Positions 1 through 11,420 of a DNA stretch of 64,000 nucleotides are shown piece by piece (positions within the stretch are counted from its first letter, which is position 1; each line of letters opens with the position of its first letter). Origin of the DNA: Fimicolochytrium jonesii. Lineage: Eukaryota. The translations under genes and the position numbers were made by a program. The notes beneath the pieces are model-generated. The model was not told the origin of the DNA, did no database searches, and worked only from the letters and a program-made list of their open reading frames with translations. The stretch covers positions 1,736,001-1,800,000 of the forward strand of contig NW_026515669.1 of NCBI RefSeq assembly GCF_025526975.1, written 5' to 3'.

Positions 1-192
1 AGAAAATGCGTCGGACAATATTGTTGCGACCATATGTCTGTGACCTCACGTGATCAAGTCGGCTTCGTGCCCGGACTTTTGGCCACCTATCTGTAAAAGC
101 CCGTAAGTTACGCGAAATTTCAGCAGACTGCTCCGTCCGCACAGGTGGCCGCCGACGAAGGTGAGAGACAGTCGGGCCCATTATGAGTCCAG

Positions 193-3100
193 GTGCAAAC
201 GGATCGAAGAAGATACCAGCCGTGGGTCTACGGGTCTGCGACAGGCCCTGTCCTCCCTACTCTCTCGACCGACGGGCTTCCTGCCAAGATGAGCATAACG
301 TTGGATGGAACGCGGACTTGGGAGCCTGCGTTGACTGTCCCTCGGCTGTCAGGCCAAGCACCCAAAGGCTATCGCGGCATCGGGATTGTTGTGCCGACCG
401 GTGAGCATAGCGATAAGCCCTTCACCAATTATCACCGGCCACATAGGAAAGCAGCCACTCAGGCCTCGCGGAGCGGTGAACCCCGAGATGTTGGGCTGGA
501 TCGGCATCGCTACCTTCTCTACACTTCATTGGCCGCCGAAAAACTCGCTGCAGCGGAGGCGCATCCTGCACCACTCAAGCATGTCAACCCCGTCGCGGCG
601 GCGATGGATCTGCCGTATCTGGACGCACACTCCAAACAGCAAGTCGTGAGAAAGCCTCCAAAACTGCCACCGATGCTTCAGTCGCAAGCGGAGGAGCTAA
701 AGGAAATCCAAAGAATCGCTGCTAACATTGAGAAGAAGCAGGAGGAGGAAAGGAAGATGAAGGAGAAGCAGCTGCATCTTGAATTTGATCGTATGGTCCG
801 CGCCGAAATGGGGCAGTATCAACACTCTACCGGAAATGTAATCTTTCACGAGATGCCTCAAACTGCTTTTGATCGTCACCTTCCACCGCCTTCGGATGAG
901 CTGACCGTAATCTCTCATAAAACCCAATGGCTGAACACCGTGTCATCACAGAAAGGCGCGGTTGGGAGCAGCGCGATGGAGCAAAGAAAGACCGTCGTGA
1001 AGAGGCATGAGAATGAAAGGCATGGCCATGACAACTCGGATGAGGACCTGTTCATCGTCAGGACGGCCGAAACGGATGACGCTGACGAGAATGGGATGAA
1101 AAGTGTCTATAGCTTCGACTCGGATGTCTCTCACCTTTCGAAAGGAGATCGAAATAGTTCAGGCCGTCATCCGATGAGTGCTCAGACATCGAGGCCCGTG
1201 ACGCAGAGGACCAGTGCAGCTCGAAGATCCTATTACAGACAATCGACCGCGAAAAGGCCAAACCCAGCTGGATTGGGTGGTACTGGAAGCAATGAGAGTC
1301 CGACTGATGATGAAACGCAGACTTTATCTCGCTCGACCGTCCGTCTCTTGAAGAAGTTCACCCGTGAAGGAGTGGATGGAGCGCAGGCCATGGCACTCCC
1401 TTCGCGCAACATCGAGTCCCTCCTCCGGGTTACACTCACGGGCACTACATGGGATAGGGAACAGAGAACGGCGAGATACATCCCGTATGCCGTCGTTCCA
1501 AAATCGCCTCAGCCACCACCTGATGGAGCCGCACCGGATAAGGCCGCAGTCTCGGCAACCCCTTCGAGAAAGTCCCATCTTCCCACTCAGCGGCATCGGC
1601 GTGCCTACGAATTCTACAACCCAGTCATGTTCCAGCGTGCGATGCAAGCTTTAGAGGAGGGAAAATATGTTGAGGCCGGACAGCTCGCAAAAGCAGGAAC
1701 GCAGGCTCCTGTACGAGCAGATGAGATACAGTTACGTTTACCGAGTGCTCATGAGGCGAGGGATGACGATGATACATCAACCGTCACCGATGACCCATCG
1801 AACGACGGAACGGCCCAGCATGGGACAGGTGGTGGTGGAAACGGTAGTGGGCTTACCGATCCGCTCGCGGTGGACTTCAATATCAAGTTTCTACATAGTC
1901 TAAGTAAGGTGAGATACGCTTCCCTGAGGGATTTTCACGCCATCGACCTTCAACACCAACTCACCGCTACATTCGCTTGAATGTATAGAAACCCGCTACT
2001 CCGCAGCTCGAGCTGCCTGAGGTGGCCCAGCGTAGAAAGAAGGATCAAGCAGCTGAATCGACAATGCACTTTTCATTGACACGTTTTGTGATTTTGCGTA
2101 AGATTCTGCGTTTTCGTTGCCAGCAGAAGATAACGCTCCTAACTCAACAAACCTCGTCCGCGTTAGTGAAACGACTCGCGAAGGAACGCCTAAAACCAAA
2201 ACCAATCTCCGACGGCCGAACGCTGAATGCCGCCGACGGAGACTCATCTACCTCGCATAGCGCTACATCGAAACATTCCTTCCTCGATTTTTTGGAAACC
2301 CCTTACATTTCACTCGACCGACCACCTATGAAAAACACCCCTGCCTTCAACGCGCTATTCAAAACCCTTGCGCAGGCTCTATGCGACACCAGCCCCGACC
2401 GAACCCTCCGTTTCGAAGCCTTCCGTCTTCTCATCCAGATTGACAACGAACCGCAGCTTGGGCGATGGGAGGTCATAGCGTTCAGGCGAGTCATTGACGA
2501 GATGTTGCAACATGGAAACGCATCGGAGCAGTGGCTGGCAGCGACAACTCTCGCGAGGCAAGGGGAGCTGAATGATATTGTGCTTTCGATTTTGCGCAAA
2601 TCGTTGGGAGATGTCGATGCGGCGCGGAGGGCGCTTGCATTGCAGATGCTTGGTGGACTGGACGTTTCTTTGGCTGATCGCGTGCTGCAGATTGTTCTGG
2701 AGGACTGTGGGAGTACGAGCTGGAGGGTGCGTTGCGATGCCGTTACGTTGCTGGAAGTGTGGGTTCAGAAACTGTCTGAGTTGCTCCCATGCCCCACGGA
2801 CGATGATGACCTCCAGACGACCCTGCATGGCGGAGGGAGCCAGTCCAGCGAGCGCTCAAGCGTGGCCAGCCGGTCCACCCGCCCCAGCACACAGCAGCAC
2901 CCGCCTTCAGAATCAGAAGATTCTGCGAACGCTCGGCAACTACTTCAAATGTCTGTGCAAATGCTGCTTTCACTTATGTGGAACGACTGGCATCAAGATG
3001 TCCGGCAAGTGGCGTCCTCTGCGCTGGCGAGATTGGGAAAAGGTCGGACTGTGCTGGATTGGCTGGTTGCGATGTTGGGTGCGGAGGATCCTTTGAGAAG

Positions 3101-4276
3101 AGTGGATGCTTTGCGGGCTTGCATGAGACTCGGCTTTCTGTTAGCGGCTGCTGTGGACAGTTATGTTATGTGCTTGGCTGATAACTTTGCAAGTGTTCGC
3201 CTTGAAGCGTGCAAGGTGAGCTCAATGAGCGCGTTCGTGGGGCAGCGATAAGGGAAACCAGTTAAATCTAATCGTACTTTCCATGGGTTTCTTCAGCTTG
3301 CTTGCGTGGTTCAAATGAAAGATCGAAGCGTACTGAACAGTCTGTTAGATCGCGTCACGGACTTCGAGTGGCAAGTGAGGGCTTACGCCGTCAAAGGTGA
3401 GGCATAAGTACTAAGAGCGGTTAGCTACTGTACATCGTGAATCAATGCTCACATATTATAATCGCAGGCGTCGCCAACAGTGGTAACACTGACCCGCAAG
3501 TACATGCCGCTCTGCGCTGCGTCCTATATCACGACCCCAACCCGTCAGTACGAGCCGAAGCAATCAACGCTACTCAGTCATTGGGTATCTTGGCACAAGA
3601 CAAGGTTCTGCAGCAAGCTGTGTTCACCCTCAGAGAAGTGGATCCCACGCCGGCGGTACGGAAAGAGGCGGACAAAGCACTCACGGCGGCCGTGGGCTTG
3701 ATCATTGCTACTGGACCGGGACAAGATCTTCCAACTTTCACTTTGACCAATGAAGCGGGTGCTGTGGTAGCACCTTCGGCAACGACCAACAACGCGAATG
3801 CCGCTGGTGGCTCTGCTGGCCTCGGGTCACCTATGCCCACTGCAAGAGGAAGCGGAAACAGCAGTGTTCCAACGACATCCGGCCGCGGGGCGGCCAGCAA
3901 TGCGAGCAATGCCACCCTCTCCATCCCCTTCGCACACATCCTCTCCGACCGGTCGCCCGCAGAAGCCTCAGTCTTCCTTCGCACTTCGCTGGTAGAAGAA
4001 AAGGAACTCGAAGCCGTAATCGACCAGGTCCGCGACATGGCGGGGCAAGACCGTGTCACTGCCGAGGTGATGGAGAGCAATTCAGGTCCACACCCGTACG
4101 ATGAAGATGAGGAAGTTGTAGATGATCACGTGCCGGATGTAAAGGCGATTCATGAAAGGAAGGGGAGAAGGCATATTGATATTGGGTTACCCGAGATTGT
4201 GAGGAAGCTGCCTGGGGTTCCGATGAAAAGACCGTGGCAGAATCGGCATAGGACGGTGGCTGGCGCGGCTGAATGA
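193..4276 (+). CDS. HEATR4: HEAT repeat-containing protein 4-like (multi-exon; 5' end uncertain)
   Basis: ORFs 193-1980, 2022-3251 and 3437-4276 join through GT-AG introns. A low-complexity N-terminus is followed by HEAT repeats (SWRVRCDAV, DPLRRVDAL, DPNPSVRAEAI) and LMWNDWHQDVRQVASSALARLG, which resembles the MWNDW motif of HEATR4 as recalled. Confidence 0.72.
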
Positions 4277-5730
4277 TGGGACTTCGGTTGTACCAAACCC
4301 AGCCGAACACTATCCGCTGCAAGCAGGACTATGGGACGACCGATGTTGAGATAAAGCAGGCGCCCAGTACTGCATATGTACATCATGAATATAGAGAAAG
4401 AAGGTGGTTGCGAGCTGAATCGCAAGCCGATACTGCAGCAGCGGGTCGAGACTGGGTCGAAACCCCGTTCTTGCAAGCACAGTTGCGAACCGAGTGCATC
4501 GTTCCCGACGTCCATAGACTTCCGTAGTATGGACTTTGCCCCGGCATTGGACCGCACAGTTATCCAAGCTGCTGCGGCCCTTCGACTATGTGCCCTTGCT
4601 AGGCGCTCGTTGGCAGAGGATGCGCGGTTCCATGCTTCAACCCCAGGTGTCTTGACAAGTAACTGTCCATCTAGAATAGGCCACAGCATTTCGGTCACAG
4701 CAATCGCAATCTGATCCTTGCAGTCTTACGCACAACTTCCATATCCTCTGCTCTGCGGTGACGGCCTCATCATCCAACCTCACCCAATGAGCTCACTCCC
4801 TTCAACAAGGCGTTGAATTTGAACGGTGATGAGAAGCGGAAGGGAACGCTCACAATCGGGAACGTCGATTGTGCCAAATTTCAGCACAAGATGCACAACG
4901 CGAGACGAGAATGGAACACAAATCCGCTTCGTTGTTCAAGAGCGGCATGCACCAGCACCCTTCTCAAACTCATTGGAAGTGCCGAGGATGTCTTTCACCT
5001 ACGACCACACATCACAAAGTCGCAACCAGGATGCTCTCCCATTCCTCAATCATATCGTATTTTCTTCCTTTATTTTGTAAATTTCAGGAGAGGCCGAAGC
5101 CTCTCCCACCACCAAAAATTATACCCCCACGCTGACCCCGAAGGGCCAGGTGAACCAAGGCCATCGAACGGTTGTGCAATGCCGACGAGCCTCAATCCGG
5201 CCGTGCCTTCTTGATCACACGAAGCCGTGAGTCAGGTAAGTATGCAGGATCACAGGGGGATGCTGGGCAGGCCTCCCTTTTATAGGCGCTGAGGGAGCTC
5301 TCGAGATTGCTCACATCCCTTCGCCACAACTCCAAAAGGTGGCACAGTCATGCTAAATGCCCGCAATCCGCGCGTGAAGCAGGGGTGAATTTAATTCGGG
5401 CAAATTTGAACTTTTTTGTTGTTGCCCACCCAGACTGCTGATGACCATCGCTGTATTAGTACTATCGGCGTTTGCCTTTTGCCTCAGCAAATGACGCGGC
5501 GGCATAGTGGCGTGGAGCCTGCTTTGGAGGGGGAGATCGGCGAGACGGCGTCGCCTACCAGCGCTTCAGCTTTGACCAATACCTCTGTTGCAGCGTGAGA
5601 CGCCGGCTCACGGAGAGCGGAAATTCAATTCGCACCAGAACCTCCTCCACTGCGTCAACTGTAGGCCAGGTCTCAAGATACACCTCTACAGTCATCGCCA
5701 CGCCCCCAACATCGAATCCATGGTCCCTAC

Positions 5731-5768
5731 ATCCCTCCGGCGCCACAATCCCTCCGGCGCCACAATCC
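5731..5768 (+). repeat. 17-bp tandem duplication (atccctccggcgccaca x2)
   Basis: Read directly from the sequence. Confidence 0.9.
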
Positions 5769-6527
5769 GTTCTTGCTCACCCCTCCTCACACAATGTAAA
5801 AAGTGAAAGCATTCCTCACACAACGCCAGTCCGCGTGAGCCAGGCAATCACGGGAATGGCCAGTAACCGGTGCGGTGCAGCAGAATGTGAGCGGGGTGCG
5901 GGAGTGGGAGGAGCGGATACCCCGGTAGCTGCGGGCGTCACAGGCGGCGCAAAGAAGTTGAGTTTCGCAGTCAGGGCAGGTAAGCAACTCGAGCGAACGA
6001 GCATCACTGATGATTCGGTATTTTCGCCAAGGGCACATGGTCTTCTGTTATGGGCATGTCACAAGGGAAGCGCCTGACTAGCATTCCACTTGTTACGAAG
6101 TTATGCGAAGCCTCCCATGATGGTCTTTCCACACTGATATGGCATATGATATGCTTGGCGAGTGCCATTATACTGCTGACCGCTCCACCTTTGCGATGTT
6201 GGCTGACAAGTTCAGACTAGGAGAACGAGAGCGTCCAGAAACAAAGCAAACTGCAGAGCGGATGCTGCCCAATGATGTTTCGCTCACGAAGCCTACCGTT
6301 TGGGGCTGCCGCTCATGAATTTGCGGCATCTCATGCAACATTGCATCCGTCTTCGTATTCGTATAAGGAATTCCAGACGCAACCGTGCAAGCTCCGACGA
6401 GTACCATTCAAGCAGCTGGGTTACATTCCCCGGCCTTGGATCCAAAACACAATTTGGAGAACGGCCTAAAGTCGGTGTGCTCCACTGGGCATAGACCAGC
6501 TACGTAACATAGTGAGTGCTAACCGCC

Positions 6528-6790
6528 GTGTCGGAGTTAGCTGTCAAACGCGCCCATCCTGAAAGCTGCGAAACCGGGATGTCGGAATTACAGTGCCAAA
6601 CCCGACAATCCGTATAAATACAGCTGTCAAACCCGACAATCCGGATAACGTGTCGGACTATAGCTGCCAAACCCGAAAATCCGTATGATGCCTACTCCCA
6701 ATTACGCCCGGGCTTTGGTTTCCGGTTTCCTGATTTATGGGGTTTGACAGCTGTGGTGGTTTGACAGCTGGGCTGACTTCAAGGTTTCCA
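6528..6790. repeat. Array of degenerate direct and inverted repeats, core (C/T)AGCTG(T/C)CAAACCCGACAATCCG
   Basis: Forward copies near 6539, 6564, 6591, 6621 and 6661. Reverse-complement copies GGTTTGACAGCTG at about 6741-6753 and 6758-6770. (G/A)TGTCGGA precedes the units at 6528, 6579 and 6650. Confidence 0.85.
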
Positions 6791-6924
6791 CCTGGCAAAC
6801 CGTCCTTTTTTCGGCGGCGACAGGCAGGGATGCTGTGGAGAGCCATAAAAGGTGGGTTAGCGTCCCTGGGTCTAGACTTTCTCCATCCGTCATCGCAACC
6901 CCTTTCCCACCTCCAAGTATAACC

Positions 6925-8851
6925 ATGCCCTTCGTTCAGCAGCTCATCTGCCGAAGTTGTCGACAACCCCTCCCTGAAGACAGGAAAGCTTTCAAGAAGC
7001 ACTGCCAGTCAGAGTGCAGGCAGTGGCTCCAGGACCGAAGCCAGCCTCTGATTAACAACGATTACCTTGCATCTGAGTGAGTGTCATTCATTCGTTGATG
7101 ACCTCTTCCCTCCCGACGGGAAGGCGCTAACTTGTTACTGGCAGATTCGACGAACGAAACTTCAAGTTCTGCTGTCACATCTGCGAGCCTCGACACTCGG
7201 GCAGTAGCAAGTTTGACGGCTGCTTCTCCCTCAAGTATGACCTTGCTCGTCATGAATGGAACAAGCACAAGACGTACATGGAAGTGTGGACCTCAGGTAC
7301 CTTTCTCCACGGCCTCACCGTCCCGTTTGAAGGACCCTCGTGCTGACAATGCGTCTGATTAGATGAAACCAAGGCCAGTTCATCCGTGAAAACCTCCACG
7401 GGCACGGGCTGTCGCAGTCGCCCGGTTCCTGGCAGCTATCTCGACACCGTTTTGAGTCAGGATACTTCCGACTTTCTCGAGAGCGAGCCGGAAACGAAAC
7501 CAAGTGGTATGTCCATAATCGCATCGTAGATTGCAAGTACATCCAGCAGCTCGCTCATTGCCGCCCTTCGTTTCTCCCAGCTCCCAGGCGCAGGTCCAAA
7601 CAGCTAGCGCTTCCCAGTGAGCGATCCCTCCCCAGATTTCAAAAATCAAATGCCACGAAAAAGAAAGTCACCACAAAAGAAAAAGTCTCCAAAAAGAAGC
7701 TGGTGATCGCCGAGATGGACAAAACCGTCGGAGGGACGCCAAAGAAAAGCCCAAAAAGAACGGTCGCACCACCAACGCCATTGTCAAAGCAGAAGCCGGC
7801 CCCGAAACGAAGACCTTCGTGCGGTCGCTCCGCTTCACATGCGGCGAGCCCGTCGGTTCGCCCGCTCCCGAAAGTCACTCTGACGGTCTACCCGGCTTCT
7901 TCGAGGTCACCGTCCCCAGCGCCACAATGCTCAATTCGAGAGACTCGTAGCGAGACACCGGTAGTCCCCGACGAGCTTGGATCCCAGATCGAGCCGCTTC
8001 GCTCGGAGACGCACCGGTCCTCCTCCATGGAATCCCATGGCAGCGAAAGAGAAAGCACTGCGTCAGCAAGCAACAGCACCGCCGTGGCTTCCGGTCAGCA
8101 ACCCGGAGCAGTCACATCCTCCTTCGAGCGGGCCATGCATTGCATTCGCGTCCCCATGCGCATGTCACAAAGCGCCTACGACGAAAACATCCTCCGCGGT
8201 CTATGGTATGGCCACTGCTACGCCGCCGATTTCCTCGCCGTCTCCCCGCACATTCGCCAAGCTGCCTTATTGTGGTACCGCTACGTTCAAGCTCACTACC
8301 CCGAGCTGAACCAAGACGTAAGCGCCATTGCCGGCGAGACGGACCCGGCTTTTTGGAACGATACGGACCAAATCGACCTGTGCCATAGGTTGCTCAAAGT
8401 GGATCCGATTGCACAGCCGGACGATATGAAAGAGATGAACGCGGTGCAGTCGGCGCTGCTGCATAGGTCAATGCAGCCGTATCGGGATTCCCACGCGCCG
8501 CTGGACATCCCGACGGTGTATGCGGTCAGCAGCGCGATGATTACGAGCGGGCAGGCGTCGCCGTTCTTGGGTTGGGCGTCGTCGCCTCCGCATCGCGCTG
8601 AGCTTGGACACATGGAGTTCGGCGGGACCCCTGCACTCCAACACCTCCATCCAGAGAACAGGACGCACGGTTCTGACGCTACTACTACACCACGCATCCG
8701 AGCGAGCAGCGCGACGCCCCCGCACGTGCGACGTGGTATGTCCAACGACTCGCAGGATCGTAGAGAGGTGACATTTTCGGACAACTTGGATCACTACTGG
8801 TTTGCCTTGGACAATGTGCCTTATTCTAGCCTCAACATTTCGGATCATTAA
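6925..8851 (+). CDS. Zinc-finger protein, putative transcription factor (4 exons)
   Basis: ATG at 6925 and introns 7077-7144, 7297-7362 and 7507-7580 join in frame to ORF 7703-8851. It encodes CRSC-x13-H-x4-C, a C2H2 finger (FKFCCHICEP...FSLKYDLARHEWNKH) and a Lys-rich NLS-like tract. Confidence 0.7.
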
Positions 8852-8935
8852 TAGAAACTCAGACTTTCGATCGTATAGAAAATACATTCTTAGAATGCGT
8901 CTAAAAACTCTATTGACATTTCGTAATAACTACGA

Positions 8936-10173
8936 CTACTGCAATTTGGGCTTCATCGCGTCCTGCACTCTCCGTAAGGGATGGGTCTTCAGCCATTCTT
9001 GTAGAGCAGCAGGCCTATCTGAACAGATCCCATTCGCTCCAAAGCTCCGCACGGCCTCCCAACCTTCCACAGTATTTACGCCGCCTCCAGGCATTCCATA
9101 CACAATGACGGGGATGCCCTTGCGATTGAGAGCTTCTGCGAATCCCGGCCACAGGATCCATTTGAAATTGGGCATGATGAGCGCGCTTTCGTGGTGGTGC
9201 ATGTACGGTAAAAGTCCAACGCTCCACGCGACAAGAGAGGAAAGCAAGCGGGAGATCCTGAAGAAGTGGGGAATCTCCGGGAAGTGCGTTCGGCACCAGT
9301 CGTTTTGCGGGTTATGGAAACTGTGCTTGCGTTGGTCACACGGGTGCATACATCAGAGACGAAAGCAAATAGAAAAGCTTGGCCGTACCTTCCCCACACG
9401 GTCTTATCGGTCCGTTTGTATTCGCGCATCAGGTTCCCAACCTGTATCACCAACTCCTCCGGTCCTTTCTTCACATCTATCTGCATCGGGTACTGTGGGA
9501 ACTCGCCCAGTAGCTCCGTAAGCAAGGGGATCCGTGTCGAGTCGGGATCTCCCGTGACCTTCTTGTCGCCGGTGAGATCTGATGGGATTAATAGTGGTGG
9601 TAGTTCGTCGTAGTTGCTTTTTGGATTGAATGTCTCAGAATTGGGGGAGTGGTCCATGACAAAGCAGCGAGTTGCAACACGTACTAATCCCCGATGGCCT
9701 TCCCCTCCAGCCCACACAGCCTCTTCAAGTCCCTGTCGTGAAATATGACCGCTTTTTGGCCGATATAGCTTGGTATCGGTTGCCTATTTCTTCTCCGCGC
9801 CACGGCACCCCTACCTTTCTTGTCCTTTGTCAGATAGCAGTCGAGTTCCAGCAGGTCCACTTTCAACTCCTTCGCGGAATATCTAAAAGCTGGCATTGTA
9901 TTCTCCACTCGCTCTCTAGACAACCGTTGGCATGTGAATATAAGTATGCAATTCAACCGCTTGTGCTAATGACCCAGGGTGCACCTGCCTACTGCCCCCA
10001 CGATGGGACATGAGGGTAAATGGGAAATTTAGTCGCCCTCCTGTGGACGACATGGTGGATCGAGCGGAGGTGCTTGAGAGGCGGACGCTGGCGGACGGAC
10101 GAAGAGATAGCTGCTTGGTAAGGAGGTTTGCTATGGTGGCTGGTCTGATAGTGGAATTTATAATGAGCTTCAT
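8936..10173 (-). CDS. Glycerophosphodiester phosphodiesterase / lysophospholipase D (GDPD1/GDPD3-like)
   Basis: Motifs SHRGG..ERVENT, LLELDCYLTKD, VIFHDRDLKRLCG, IPLLTELL, MQIDVKKG and GANGICSDRP. An alternative ATG lies at 10053. Confidence 0.88.
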
Positions 10174-11420
10174 CGCAAGTCTGTCCCCAAGGCCAAAATC
10201 CGATGTGTCGTCTCCCTCTCCCAGCGTTTTATGCGATGGACGCGTCACAAATCCGATGTCGAAGGATTCCATGATGATGACACCGAATGCGTAACATCTA
10301 TCCGGGCTTTGCACTCCCGATGTTTCCCAGCGTATGCGTTTAGGAAACTGTCATAAGAACCCGCAACTAGTGTTTGGAAAATAAACGTCTCATGCCTCTG
10401 GCGCAGGGCTCGCTGTTCATGGTGGGTGCGGGAGTAACTGAATACTTTTCCGCAGCCTTCTCAAAGAGACACGAGCAAGCCGCTTTGGGAGTGTACTGTA
10501 CAGTACCTTCACCCCGAATCCAGGAGACGACAACATGAACATACAGCAGATCTATTCGTTCCTGCAATTCATTGCGGTGTGCGGTTCCTAACGCCCGCCC
10601 AACATCCATGCTTACGCCAACCGGACACAACGAGCAGGAAGCAAGTCCGCAAATCCGTTCTCTCGAACTCAAGAGTCAAGTCAGACAGAGTTTCAAGCCG
10701 CGTCTTGGTGTCTCGGAGAGGCTCCCCCTTCCTACGTGCTTCGTTAAGGTTTAAGACCATCCCGGCCACTGTACAAGTGAGCGACGGACAAGTGAGCAAT
10801 TTTCATACCCACAGAGCCACTTTGTAGGTACGTGAAGCGGATCGTCTGAAGAGCACGGTGAGGCCAGGTACCAATTATTTGAGATGCCGCATCCCAGCGC
10901 ATCCCGCAGATAACAGCTTGGGGGCGGTTTGGCCTGTGAAATGCTGTCAGAAGTCGGGCGCTCGATCATGGAAGCTTCGATATTCAATTTGACCATGAAA
11001 TCGGAAGAGGAGAAGGGTGCACCGACTGTTTGGAACCCGTACCGTATTTTCGGACACCCGGTACGCCTTATCAATGTTGAGATGAGGGTCGATGCACCGT
11101 GTCCCCGGGCGTTTTCGGCGGTTGCCAAGTCTCAGAGGTTAAGGATGAAACGCCCTTGCAGCTTGCGGCCGGACACAACCTTAAACTTTTGGGCGTTTGC
11201 TCGCGGGGGCTGTGCGGCGAGGGGAAGGCGGCGGCAGGCAAAGAGAGAAATATAGGACCCGCTCCGAACGCTGCAAGATACAGTATATCAAGACAGACGG
11301 ACTGGAGGTGCTCCGCAGCAACTTCCTCCGTATTACCGTATTCAACAACAACGTCAGTCTTCGGAGCTACGAGACGAACGGCATTCTCACATACCCGGCA
11401 TCCTCTGACAGCTCTAAACC

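Noticed and set aside
4700..6500. Short ORFs (4813-5214, 4826-5080, 5595-6077) as a gene or a UGA-readthrough selenoprotein
   Set aside because: I could not build a coherent spliced frame, and I found no recognisable domain, redox motif or SECIS-like element. A lineage-specific or decayed gene cannot be excluded.
6528..6790. Repeat array as a CRISPR array
   Set aside because: The units are degenerate, irregularly spaced and in both orientations, with no unique spacers of constant length. There are no cas genes and the context is eukaryotic.
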